This document shows positions 39,601 through 61,910 of a DNA stretch of 64,000 bases, one piece after another. Below the pieces are notes generated by a model. That model did no database searches. It saw only the letters and a program-made list of their open reading frames with translations, and was not told where the DNA came from. Source of the stretch: Piromyces finnis finn (Eukaryota; Fungi; Neocallimastigomycota). The position numbers and the translations under genes are program-made. How positions within the stretch are numbered: the stretch's first letter is position 1; each line of letters begins with the position of its first letter. The stretch is from contig MCFH01000015.1 of the NCBI GenBank assembly GCA_002104945.1, forward strand, positions 434,001 to 498,000. Reading direction: 5' to 3'.

Positions 39601-42600
39601 ATAGGTTTGATCTACTTCACTTTTACTTTTTAAAATAAGAATATTATTATATAGTTTTGTTGAGAAACAATTATTATTATTTTCATCTTCAAAATCATCT
39701 TCATATTCTTCATATTCTAAATCGTCAGCTTCATTACTCTCTTGAAAAGATTTATCTTTTTCATTTTTGTATGTTACAATGATTCCACTATTCCTAAGAT
39801 TAGTAGTATTATTTTCTTCATTATTTTTGTTTTCTTCATTATTAGATAATAATTTTTTTAGTTTTTCTTCTTTAATGGCTTCATCATCTTCTTCCATAAA
39901 TATCTTTTTAGAAATAACAGTAAATTGACTGGGTAAAGTGAAAGTTTTTGAACTGTGATCTTTATATAGTGTTTCAATATTTTCTGGTTCTGTTCCTTTG
40001 AACGGTGGACAATCATATCTATTATTGAAAAAGTTTCTTATTCTCAATAATTTTTCAACATCATAACTTTTTCTTGATTTTGAAATACAACATGCCGATA
40101 ATATGATAGTATATAAATGTAATTTATATGGTGTAATTAATTCAAAATTAAGATTAGATCTATAAAGTCCTTGTGTCCAACCGCAATATGTTACTTTAAT
40201 AAACAAAGTAGAATTTTCTTTTATTTCAAAACATAAACCTTTAGCAGTGTTATCTTGATTATTGTAGGGTATTATTGCAGTTTCATTGTCAGCTAATGAA
40301 ATATTGAATGGCGTATTTTTAGGTATTGAAATTAAACATTTAGCTTTCTCATTGATAACATTAATTAATGGAATATATATAGAAACCTCAGTAAATGGAA
40401 AAGTAAGAGGGAAACCAATTTCATCAAATATGGGTATTAAAACTATTGGTCCAGATATGGAATGAATATTAATTTCATTAACTTCAGATATTGGATTATT
40501 AATTGAAATGACTTCATTTCTTGGACCAGTTATTATTGAGTTAAAATCTATTTTTACCTGTTTTTTTTCGTTAGGATGTAGTATAACTTGTTGATTATCA
40601 TTTATTATTATTTCATTGGATGATGGAATAAGGGGTACAGATAAAGGATAAAGTGGATCCTTATTTTCAATAGTTAACCTCTTGCTAGAAGTTCTATAAT
40701 ATATATCTGTTGGCCCAAAGTTAATTTTTTTATCAATTGATATGGAATAGCCACATAATGCTTTTAATTTAATAAAATATATTTCACCCATTTTTGTTGT
40801 TACTACACATCTACAATTAATATTACCGAGTTTTTTTGAAGTTACAGATAATGTTATAATTTTTGAATTTACTTTGTCAATAACAACCTTTTTTTCTGAT
40901 ATTTTAAATATAGGACTATATTCCTTTTCTAGTATAAATATATTACATTCATTTTTTTCTCTCTTTAAATTTTTTATAACAAAGAAATTTATTCTTTCAG
41001 TGTTAGGTGAAATCATTCCGAAATCCAATTCATTTGTATTAATCTTAATGCTTGGAAATGACATACATATTAGATTTATTCTACAAATATAAAAAGTAAA
41101 ATGTATAAGAAATTTATACAATATTTTAAAAATGTTTAATAAATTATTATCTTAAATATAAACAATATTTGTATAAATTATAAACTAATTTTTAATACCT
41201 TTCAATAGGAAATCCTCTGATATTTCTTAACCTTATAAAACCGTTAATATTACTACTACTATTAAACGTTTTATTATTATAAATAAATTTAACGGTAATT
41301 TGGACCTTTTTTTTAGGTAATAATTCACCATAACTTGGTTCTATTTTAAATGTTTCTGATGGGAATGCTTGAAACTGATATTTTACTTTTGAAAATGACT
41401 TATTTTTTAAAAAAAATTTCTTAATGAATGGAAATTGATCAAATATTATTGTTTTGTTATCCATTTCTACTTCTAAAGATAAGATATCATTTATTTGTAA
41501 TGGTACTGGTTTGAATGTAAAGTATTCATTTTTCTTTCTTAATGATTCATTAATTTCATCCAGAGTATTAATTTTCATTTTTTCATTATCACTTTCCTTT
41601 ATTAAAATTTTGTCTTTTTTTTTTTTAGTAATAAATATAATATGAAAATCAACATTAAATATATTATATAAAGGAAATAAATTAGAATAATAAAATTATT
41701 TATAAATTATAATGAAAAATATACTTCTATTTCTTCGATCAGAATAAAACTTTTCTTCTTCGATTTTATTAGTAAAATATTCCATTGATGGGGTGGTATC
41801 TAATTTATATGGTAATTCTACTTCTAATTTCGCTTCTAATGATCCATCATTATTTTGTCTCACATATTTGAATAATTGTTCTCTCCTTTTGATAGCATAA
41901 CCTGCTGTACTTAATTGAGAACAGTCACTTAAAAGAATATCATTATCTGTAGGGCGTAAAAACCAAACTTTCCATACTGCGTAATACTGACTTCTCCAGT
42001 ATTTAATATCAGGAGGTATTAATTGAGTTGATTCATTATTTTTATTGTTTTTTCTGGATGCTTCTGAATTTGAAATTACTTGATTTGATGCTGAATCTTT
42101 TAATGAATCTTCATCATAATAAAGGGATGATAAAGTTTTTATTTGTTTGCCTAGTTTAATAATAGGGTTTCTTAAAAATCTTTCAAAACGTAATCTATTA
42201 CCATTTGTAACTAAATAATTTGTATATAGATTATATAGTACTTCTGATTGTATATAAATATTAATATTTTGATTTAATAATATCACAAACAACTGATCAA
42301 CATATGCTTGAAATGATGGATGATTCGCATCTGAAAAAGTAAATATATTAGATAAATCTCTTAATAAATAGATATACTTTTTTAAATATTGAATTTCAGG
42401 ACTAGAAATTTCATTAATAAATTCTTCAACTTTCTGATCATTACTAAGGTCTTTTGGAAAATATTTTAAAAATTCAGTTAAAATTCTTTGAAATACTAGT
42501 TTTTTAAAATGATCTGATGTATTATAATTAATACAAAGTGGTAAGAGATAAAGAGCTAAATCTCTAAATTTTTCATTCTATTATAAAATTTTTAAATTTA

Positions 42601-43009
42601 TTATATTTTAAAAATAAATATTATAAATATTATATTTCAAAATATTTTTCTATTTCTTTTTTATACCTCGTCTGCAGTTGATATTGAAAAAATTGTGTTA
42701 AATAGTTTGATAGCAATATTTTGATTAGTTAGTACATTTAAAAGTCTATCTTTTATTCTAATAATATAATTTAATGCAAAAAAACGAGTTGTAGGTTCAT
42801 CTGACTTTAAATAACTTATAATTTGATCCCAAAATTTATCGTAATTCTCGATATTATTGTTTAACTTATAAAAAATTAAATATTGTTATTACTAAAGTTT
42901 TTTTTTTTAAAAAAAAAAAAAGAAATAATATTAAAGTAATATGCCTTTTATTTATTACAATATCCTTTGTCAGATCCACATCATTTTTTTTAAAATTGAA
43001 AAATACCAT
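30281..43009 (-). CDS. Giant (~3,880 aa) protein: N-terminal helical (ARM/HEAT-like) region followed by many tandem Ig-like ASH/PapD-like domains (HYDIN/CFAP47/CFAP65-like superfamily)
   Basis: A 13-exon model joins ORFs 41696, 41192, 38068, 32487, 32133 and 30912 in frame (11,643 nt). The unit 'idFG.......k.i.i.N.G.....f...........f.i.P..G.i.p.....i.i.f.P' recurs many times. The last two exons, including a 13-nt microexon after a 36-nt intron, are uncertain. Confidence 0.8.
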
Positions 43010-43583
43010 TGTTTTATTTTCACTATTAAGTAATGCTTAAAAATATAATAATATATTGTATAACATTCTTCATTTACTCATAAAATATATAAAATATGTT
43101 TATATAATAATTATTAAGAAAAGAAATTATTATATTTACAAAATTTTGTGAATATTATTTGCAGTAATTTTTTTAATATATTATTTTTATTATTAAATAA
43201 ACTTTTTCATTTATTTTTGAAATTTTTTGTTTTTTTGTTTTTTTTTTTTTTTTGTTTTTTTTTTCAAAATTAAATAAAGTTTAAAAGATATCAAAAATTA
43301 AACATTATGTATTTTATTACTTTAAAAGCTTTCATCTATTCTTTCTTTTTTAAAATTTACAATTAAAATTGTATATATTTACAAAAAAAAAAAAGTTTTT
43401 CTAATTATATTACTAGCATATAATAAAATAAAAAAACATTAAAGCAATTATGAGAAATGTTTTGTTTTATTACTTTATTTATTTAAAATTATTTATTATA
43501 TTCTATTGCTATAATTATCACATTATTATATATATAAAAAAAAGATAATTGCATTTATACATTTATAAACCAATGTTGCTTAA

Positions 43584-44864
43584 TTATTTATGATGAGATA
43601 TGTTTCCATTTGTTTCATGTTTTATTGACTTTGATATACTGCTAGAATTTAATGATGAATATGACCCTGATTTTGAAGATAATGAGTTCATATTTTCAGA
43701 TGATGTACTGTTTAACTTCTTTCTACGTTTTGATGAATGTCCATATGATGATACTGACGAAGTACTATGTTTCTTTTCTATATATATTTAGATAATTTAT
43801 ATTATTATTAAAACTGTCTTATTTAAATGTATCAATATAAACATATATAATATATATATTTTAAAAAAAAAAAACTTACCTCTTTTACCCTAATATATAA
43901 TTTAAATGTACAATTTTAATTTTTTTCAAATAAATAAATAAAAAACATATATATTTATGTGTTAATAGTTAATATTATAATAATTTATCTTATAATATAC
44001 ATATGCTTAATTATATTTACAATTAATTTATCTTCCAAAGCTGTCGGTTTTGTTTTTTTTATTTTTTCTTCTTCAACTTTTTCTTCTATTTCAATTGGTT
44101 TTGATACTGATTCTGCTATCCTGTCATCAATTCTCATTTGATATATTCTTGATTCCTGCTGATTAATATATGATATATTTGTATCTATAATGTGTATAAT
44201 ATATGATTTTTTTTTTTTTAAAATTAGTATTATTCTAATGATTTAATTTTTAATATTTTCCTCTTTTCACTTTTAACTTTTTTTCTTTTCTTTTTTATTT
44301 ATTTATTTTATAAATTATTGTCATAAAAGATATAAGAAAAAAAATTTACTTTCAATTTCTTCTATTTCATTAATCATTTCTTTATCGGTTTTTTCATCAG
44401 TACTCCACCAATAACCTTTATCTGGGTCAAATCGTACTGATTTAAAAGCTTCTTTAAATGATATATTAATCAAATGTAAACTTGTTATCTTATATATATA
44501 TATATATATATATCATATTAAAATCACATTTATTTCATTTTTAAGATATTAATAATAGTTGATAACTATATTACAATTCTATTAGCAAATAACATGTATG
44601 CGTTCGGTGCTTGGTATATTGTGCCATTAATGACATAATAATATTGAATAGGTGAAGCTATATATAAAATAAAAATAAATTTTTAATTTGGTATGTTATA
44701 AATATTAATAATATTTTATTATGTGTTTTAATGATTACTACTAAAACTATGATATTACCACTAGTAGGACTTTTTCTGTTTTGTTTTGCAATTACAAAAA
44801 GTTGTGGGGGCATAGATAAAGTTACTTCATATTCAATTCCTGTCATATCACTTTTAATAAAAAT

Positions 44865-44899
<35 letters not shown>

Positions 44900-45223
44900 T
44901 TTAGAAATAATCAAAGTTTATATTATCATATTAATTAAAAACCATTCAAATATATAAAATTACTGTAATCCTTTGTTCATCTCAGCAAGATCAAATTGAT
45001 TGAATCTCGATTGCATCTTAATAGTTTCATTGTTACATGTTTTATCATAAAACTGGGAATAACTGAAATATTCAATTACATTTTCTATTAATAATGGATT
45101 CTTATTTGATAACAAATAATAAATTTTTAATATTTATAAAATTATAATAACAAAATTAAGAATTAATAAATTCATTTATAATAATGTTTTATAAAAAAAA
45201 AAAAGAAATGAATTATCCATTTT

Positions 45224-45262
<39 letters not shown>

Positions 45263-45403
45263 AAGAAAGAAAAAAAATACAGTATTTATTAAAAAATAAA
45301 TATAAATTATAAGACATAAATCATCAGACTTTACCAATGCTAACCATTGGGGATCACGAAAGCAAACAGTGGTTAATTCTTGTTCTGTTAAATTTGATGA
45401 CAT
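43584..45403 (-). CDS. MED6: Mediator subunit 6
   Basis: [87 protein letters not shown]. Multi-exon with a 10-nt microexon at 43880-43889; stop at 43584-43586. Confidence 0.93.
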
Positions 45404-46225
45404 TTCTTTAAATTTTATAAATACAAGATTGAAATAAAAATTACTATTATATCATAATAATAATTAATTAAAATAATAAATATTAATATTAATTGGTAAT
45501 TATTATTAAAATAAAAATTAAAATAAAAAATAAACTTAAAAGATATTTATTGATAACAATTAAAAAAAAAAAAAAAAAAAAATTAGTTATTTAAAAATAC
45601 ATTTTATTAAAAATATCTTCCGATTAATAATTTAAAAAGAACATATTTTATTGATAATGTTTTTTTTAATTATTTTGAAATCATTGTCATTATTTATTAT
45701 TTTAAAATATTTAAATATAATTATATATAAGTCATTACTAATTTATATTAATTATAACATCAAAATATTATAAATTTACAATTTTTCACTTCTCAATTTG
45801 AATTATTTCTGTCAAAAAAAAAAAAAAAAAAAAAAAATTATACATTTATATATATAAATATTAAATGTTTTTTTAAAATTCATTGATTAATTAAAAAACG
45901 TGATATACATTAATTTATTTGAATTTTATTTTTTTTGTATATCGGATATTTCACCGAAACTTCTGAAGAAAAAAAAATTAACCAGTATCGACTATGTTAA
46001 AACAAGAATAATGAATTCATTTGCCTTATTATAATTGAAGATTAGTTTTATATAAATATCCAAATAATACATAATTTAGAATAATTCTAGTTAATTTTTA
46101 GTTTTTTAAAATTTAAAAATTTTTAGCAATTAAAACTATTTTGAATTTAATAATTCGTCGTAATATTCATTTCAATTATAATAATAACATTGAAAAAATA
46201 AAAGTGAATACAACTAAATTAGAAT

Positions 46226-46938
46226 ATGAATGAGAATTTAAATAGACTTGTGGAAAAAGCAAAAGATAAAATAAAAAATAAAAATATTCATTTTAAGGCT
46301 TATCATGAATTTGAAGAAGAAGAAATAATTGAAATTCGGAAATCCATTTTGGAATGGTATGATGAAAATAGAAGAATTTTGCCCTGGAGAATACATGAAA
46401 TAAGTGTAATTATATATATATATTTATCAGTAAAATAAAACAATAATAAATATTATTATTCAATTACTATTTAATGTATTATCAATATCAATATATTCTA
46501 ATAAATGTTTTATTTTTTAAAAAATTGAAATTATAAACTATTAATAACTTTATTGAAATATAAAATATTATAAAGGAAAAAAATAAAAATTCACAAAGAG
46601 CATATGAAGGTATATTTTATTATTAATATTGCTATATAAAAAAACAGCACATGTTATAATTGTATTATTAATTTATGATTTCACATAATAGTGTGGGTAA
46701 GTGAAGTAATGCTTCAACAGGTATAATAAAAATTATATATTTTTATAATATTTCTAAAATTAATATAATTAAACAAGTGATATTATATATATGAATAATT
46801 TTTTGTAAAAGACCCAAGTTGCAACTGTTGTAAGCTACTATAAAAATTGGATGTCCAAATGGCCAACAGTATTTGATCTTGCTAAAGCTGATATTGAAGT
46901 AAAATAACAAATAAAAACTATATATATATATTGATATT

Positions 46939-46971
<33 letters not shown>

Positions 46972-48724
46972 CCATAAAGTGAATAGTTATTTAAATATTT
47001 GAATGGTATGAACAGTAAATCTAATTTATTATTAATATTATAAAGGATGTAAATAAAGTATGGGCTGGATTAGGTTACTATGCAAGAGCCAATCGTTTAT
47101 TACAGAGTTCAAAATTAATTGTTGAAAAATTTAATGGAGAATTCCCAAGAGATGCAAAATCATTAGAAAAAGAAATTCCTGGTGTCGGGAAATACACAGC
47201 AGGTATTTTAAATGATTACTTTAAAATTATATATATCAAGCTTTACCAATATACTATTTATTTAAAATAAAATATATTTAAGGTGCTATATCATCAATTG
47301 CATTTGGATTACCAGCTGAAGTTGTAGATGGAAATGTCATAAGAATTATATCAAGATTAAGAGGAATTGGAGGAGATGTTAAAAAAGCAAACGTCGTTAA
47401 TTATTTCTGGTAATTAAATGTTATTAATATAAATAAAAAAACTAAAGTAATTAATTATGTTAAATTGTTTATAACTATAGGAAACTTTCAAAAGATTTAT
47501 TAGATCCTGAAAGACCGGGCCATTTTAATCAAGTAAAATTAAAATAATTAGTAATATTATCGTACACTTGAAAATGTTTAATAAAATATATATACAAATT
47601 GTAATTAATTTTAATAAGGCTTTAATGGACATTGGATCAGCAATTTGTACTCCAAAAACATATTCATGCAATAAATGTCCTATAAAAAATTATTGTGTAG
47701 CATATGCAGAAGTATTATGAATTTTTCTATTATACTTTGAATTAACTATTTAAAAGTAATTTATTAATTTAAATCGAAATTAATTTTAAATATATAGAAA
47801 CTAGCTAATGCAAAAGTTAGTAATTTATTCACAAAGAAAAAAAATTATGAAGAAGAAGTCATTGAGGATATTGAAGGTAACAACGCTATAATATCGAAAA
47901 TTCAACTTAAAAATAAAAATGAAAGAAAGAAAAATTAATATATTATATAAATATATTATAAATATTATTATTATAAGAATGTGATATATGCATAAATAAT
48001 AGAAATTTCTATGACGAGTATGATATATCAAGTTATCCTATAAAAGTAAAAAAAGAAGCCGTTAAAATAGAATGTAAATAATAATAAAAATTAAAAATTA
48101 ATCGATTATTAATTTAAAATAATTACTGAAAATCATAATTAATATAAAAATTATTAATTGTTATTATCATCTAATACGAATTAATAATTATAGCTTATTT
48201 GGTTATATTATTTGAAATGAAAGATAATAAATCTAATAAAATTTTAGTTTCAAAAAGACCAGAGAAAGGGCTTCTTGCAGGTTTATGGGAATTTCCAAAT
48301 ATTTTATTAACAACAGTGATACCAAAAACTAAAGCTAAAAAGAAAAATGATGATGATACTAATATGATTGAAATTGATATGAAAATAAAACACAAAGCAA
48401 TTCAATCATATTTAAAAAAAATGAATCTTAGTTATGATAATGTTTTAGAAGAACGCTTTTTAGGAAGAACAAAACATATTTTTTCTCATCTTCATCATTA
48501 TTATTACGTTGAATATGTTCAGCTTGATAAATTAGGTAAAAAAGCTTCATCCTTTAAAGATGAAGATTATATTGAAGCCATTGAAAAACTTAAAAAAGAA
48601 GATATCTCGGAAAGTGAAGATGAAGATTATAGACCACATAAAAAAGTAAAAGTTGAAGATAATTATGAATCTAAAACAAAAATAAAAGATATAAAGAAAG
48701 GGTAATGATGGATTTATTTTTTCA

Positions 48725-48757
<33 letters not shown>

Positions 48758-48887
48758 ATATATTTAAAAAATTATATTGCTATATAGGAAAAGCGAAATA
48801 GAATTAAAATGGATTAATAAGAAAGATATAAGTAAATCTGCTATTCCAACAGGAATGAAACGTGCTTACTCTTTATTGAAAAGATAA
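46226..48887 (+). CDS. MUTYH: A/G-specific adenine DNA glycosylase (MutY/MUTYH)
   Basis: [24 protein letters not shown] (catalytic Glu), [10 protein letters not shown], HhH motif [20 protein letters not shown] (catalytic Asp), 4Fe-4S motif [22 protein letters not shown]-like [15 protein letters not shown]. Stop at 48885-48887. Confidence 0.95.
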
Positions 48888-50695
48888 TAAATTAAAAGTA
48901 ATTCACAGTTTCTGTTTTTTTTTTTTTTTTTTTTTTTTAATTTTATATATAAATTGAATATGTTTTGAGATTAATAAAGTAATCATATAATTATAGACAT
49001 TGTTAATTATAATGTTTCTCATTTTTATAACTAGAAAATTATATTTATAAATTGTAATATTTAGCTAGACTTTATTAATATACAATTGTAGTAAATAAAT
49101 AGTTTCAATATTAATTTAGAATTATAGGTCTTATGAATGTGTATTATTATATCATGTATATCTATTATAAATATATTAAATCAACATATTAATATTTATA
49201 TACTTTTTTTTTATGTGTTTAATATTTCAATAAAGAAATTTAAAATTATTATTATTATTAGCAGTAGCATTATTAGTATTACATTTGCTTGCATTCATTT
49301 ATTTCAATACAAAAAAAACAGTAAATTTAATAAAATTATTCATTAATTAAATTGTATATTCATATTCATATGTTTTATTATATAATTAAAAATTTTATAT
49401 TTAATTATTTGATATTTTCATCTATTTTATTTTTATTAATTAATTATATTTAATATATATTCTATTTTATATAAAAAAAGTCACCTTTTAAAAAGTTAAA
49501 AGGACTTTTAAGCGTTTATTTTTTAAAAAAAAAGATTAAAGTAACACTAGGCATATATATATATATACATATACATATAGAATAAAATATTATTTATTGA
49601 TAGTATTATACATTTAAAATTAAGTATAAAATTAACAATAAATAATTTATTTACTTTTTTCAACTTTAATAACAATTAATTTTTTTAATTTTTTTATTAT
49701 TATTATTAGTATCATTACCAATAATAATACTGAATTTTTTTTTAATATTTAATACTGACAAAAAAAAAAAAAAAAATTAAATATTAAACTGCTATTCTTT
49801 CATTCTTTTATTATTATTTTTAAGTAGTATTAATATTTCTTTTTCTTAACATATTATTTTAAAAACTTTTTATATATTCAAGTATCAAAAGGTATAATTA
49901 TAGAATCAGTTATATCTTAATTTATTCATTTATTTTTATTTGATAAATTATTAAAAAATATTTTCAATTACCATATAATAAATATACAAATCTAAAATCA
50001 CTTATATAAAAGAAAAATAACATTCCATTATTAATAATAAAAATTAATTTTCTTTTTAGAATAACGGAACTAGTTAAGCCAAGCAAGCAAACAAGCAAAC
50101 AAAAAAAAAAAAACGTTTGAATAAATAATTATTAATGAAAAAGCAATATTAAATTATATATTGTAAGTATAATTAAAAAGGAAAAAAAATTAATATTATT
50201 TTAATAAATATGTGATTATTTTAATATTTTTATATGAGATATGAGTTATAATAGTTTAACAAATAATGTGAAATTAAAAAGTTTTATAAATAAAATTTAT
50301 ATAAATAACTTCAAATTAAAAATGAAAATGAAAGGAGTAAATTTAGTATTATTCATTTTTCCAAAAATTCAAAAATTATAAGCAATATTACTATTTTATT
50401 AATTAAATTTATAATAAATATTATAAATTAATTATTGTTAATGAATAATTGCATAAGTATTGAAACAAAATGTTATGTTAAAATTACAAAATTATATTGT
50501 ATTTAGCTAAATTTCTATTATAAATGGATGAATTATATACATAAAACTCAGTTATTATATTAAAGAAATAATTCCAAATTTTAAAAATTTATATAAAAGT
50601 TAACATAACTAAAAGTAACTAAAAAACAATATTTTAATGTTCCTTAACATTTGTTATTTAAATTATTCTATTTTAAAGATTATTATAAACTCATT

Positions 50696-58890
<8,195 letters not shown>

Positions 58891-60472
58891 AAGAGTTTAA
58901 CACCACATTAAAATTTTATTATATATATTTGCTTACACCGAAGAAACGATAAACCTCAATAACAGCAACAACAAGGAGACAAACTATATATTCTATAGTA
59001 TGAAATTAATTTAATATGTATATTCACAGTTAAATTTTTACCTCTATTAATAATGGCATTCATTTGTAATCAACTAGTTAATATTACCATATATTCAATT
59101 TTATATTTCTAAACAACAACAGTATTTTAATTTTTCTTTTTTTTTTTAATTTTATTTTATTTTAATAATTAGTTTTTATAATCATCTTTATATATATATT
59201 TATATATATATTGTTGTTGTTGTTGTTGTTATTGAATATTTTACTTATTTTTTATTATCATTTTTATTTCTTTTTCTTTTATTATTCCTTGAAAATTTTG
59301 ATTATTTATACAACCTAAATTTAAAACCATGTATTTATCTGATCTTTTTAATTATTTTTGTTATTATTATTATTATTATTATTATTTCTTTTTAAAATAA
59401 TATATTACTTTTTTTTTTCTTTTCTTTATCTCCATTGTCATATATTTATTTATTATTATGCTAAGAAAATAAAAATTATATTTATATAAAAATTAATCAT
59501 AAAAAATAATAAATAATAAAATGAATTATAATAAAACTAGGGCATATCCAAACTTTTTCAAGATTTATATATAATTATCATTTTATTATATTCATTTCAT
59601 TAAAATACCTGAATTATTGTACAACAATTCCCATAAATATATTATATATTATATTTATGATATTTTACCATGCATTTGATATGAACAAAAATACATACAA
59701 TAATAAATATATCGAATTTTTATTAAATATATATATATATATATATATTACAATAAAGGACTAAAAAAGCATATTTTTTTTTTTCTTTATTATATCTACC
59801 CTTTATACGATATTATTCAATTCATCTAAAAGAAGTTTTTAAACCATTAATATTCCTTTTCTAAAGATGACTTTTTTTTTTTTAAGAATGATAATAAATA
59901 AAAAGTTTTTAATATAGACTAACTAAATCACCATCTAAAGAATAAAAGTAAACTTTATTAAAACGGTTTATTTACTGAAATATTATAAAATTAATCTTTA
60001 TGTATTATAGTAGTATATTAATGAGAAAGAAAGAAACATATTTATTCATTTTTTTACTTTAATTGAATCATTGTATATAAAATATTAACAATATTAACAT
60101 TATAAGTACTTCACTTCTCTTTGTTAATATTATATTTAATGAGTGAAAAGATATTATTTATACTATTGTTTTCTATATAATTATAAATGCGCCTATTGAT
60201 ATTACTTTTTTGATAAATAATATACATTTTTATTTTCTAGCCCTAAAATATGTGTTATACATTGTATCAGCTAAATTGGGTAATTTTCTAAAAGTAACTT
60301 TATTAAATTTGGAATAATATTCTTAATATCAGTAATTATTTCATAATCAGATTAACCACTAACATTTTCTTTTAAGTTCAATTTTTTTATTATTACTATC
60401 AACAGCCATAACAATATTTCCATTATCATCATTCACTTCATATTTTAATATTTTCACCATAATAATTTTAAA

Positions 60473-61110
60473 AATTTGTTTGAAAATACATTCAATGTTA
60501 TCGATATTGACGGTAAAACTAGAATAATTTCTGATATGTTATTTTAATATGGAAGAGATATTAACATACTTAAATATCGTATTAACAAAATTAAACCATA
60601 TCATTTATATATAGGACATAATAATTATCGAATACCTTTACATTTTCTAATAGACTATTCAAAAAAATATAGTGATGTATTTTTTCCAAATGAATTGTTT
60701 GTTACTTGTGAAGATAAACAAATTGAAGAATTTATAAATACGTTTTTACATTATGGTATTTTGTTGTTCAATTTCAATGATTCACAATAAATATAATTTT
60801 TTTATTATTAAAGTATTGTTATACAGTATTTTTAATAGTTCTTATTTTGATGTATTTGATAAGAAACTTGTTTTTTTATAAGTATTTGTGTAAAGAACCA
60901 TATATTAGAAAAATATTTAACATATTATGTTCAACTACGAGTGAAGCATTTAATAATTATATTGTAATATTGTATCACAAAAATAGTCGATCCATTTTAT
61001 ATTAACTCTAAAAAAAGAAACAATTTATTCTGATACTATTAAAGAGTATTCGAAAAGCATTTGTATTAATACGAATGGTAATTTTTATTATTTAAATAGA
61101 ATTAATTATT
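60473..61110 (+). pseudogene. Decayed coding relic
   Basis: Protein-like frame NLFENTFNVIDIDGKTRIISDMLF*YGRDINILKYR...IPLHFLIDYSKKYSDVFFPNELFVTCED... with an in-frame TAA at 60545-60547. Further fragments lie in other frames. No family identified. Confidence 0.35.
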
Positions 61111-61910
61111 AAAATAATATTTAAATTACAACATGTAAGATATATAAACCATAAAAAATTATCTTTTTAACCTTTTTAATATAAATATGCTTTTGTAATG
61201 ATTAAAAAAAAAGGTTAAGTAAAATTGTTCACCCTTAATTTAATATATATAAATTTAAATTTATATATATTATATTATTGTATGACCTATTTGTTATCAC
61301 AAAATCATGTTATAAAATATACTTTTTTTGTTGTTGTTGTCATTTATTAATTATCAAAAGCTTTTTTTAACATGTAACTGTATGTATATTTTTTTTCATA
61401 TTAAAAATAAATAATAATAGGTATTTATATGATTAAAGAAAAGAAAAAGTTATTAATAGATTTTTGTGATACTTTTAAATATCTATGCTTAGTAATAGTT
61501 AACAGTTTTTAAATTTTTAATAATAATTAAAATAAATATTTAATGCTTAAATATTACTTTGTCAATAAACACTATTTTTTTAAACAATAAACTTTAAAAG
61601 TAGTATTTAATAATAAATGTAAAAGTATTATTATGAAATTCTATTCATTACTTTTACAAGTTTTTTAATTTTTTTTTTTTTAAATAAAGAATTACAATTT
61701 TTTAAAGAGTAATGAAATAATAAAATTAATGGATATTACTTATTTCTTATGCCTATTTTTTTTTAAAAAATATATATATAAATTCGTTTTTTTTTTTTTA
61801 TTTTATTCAGAATAATTTATTTACAACAAGTTTCATTAGAATTACTTTTAATATATATATACTACTATTATTAAATATTAAATATTTAAAACGATATTTC
61901 TATACTTATA

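Noticed and set aside
46126-46234. Short open frame ending in a TGA that overlaps the MUTYH start region
   Set aside because: About 35 codons with no start codon or upstream exon identified. Compatible with 5' UTR sequence.
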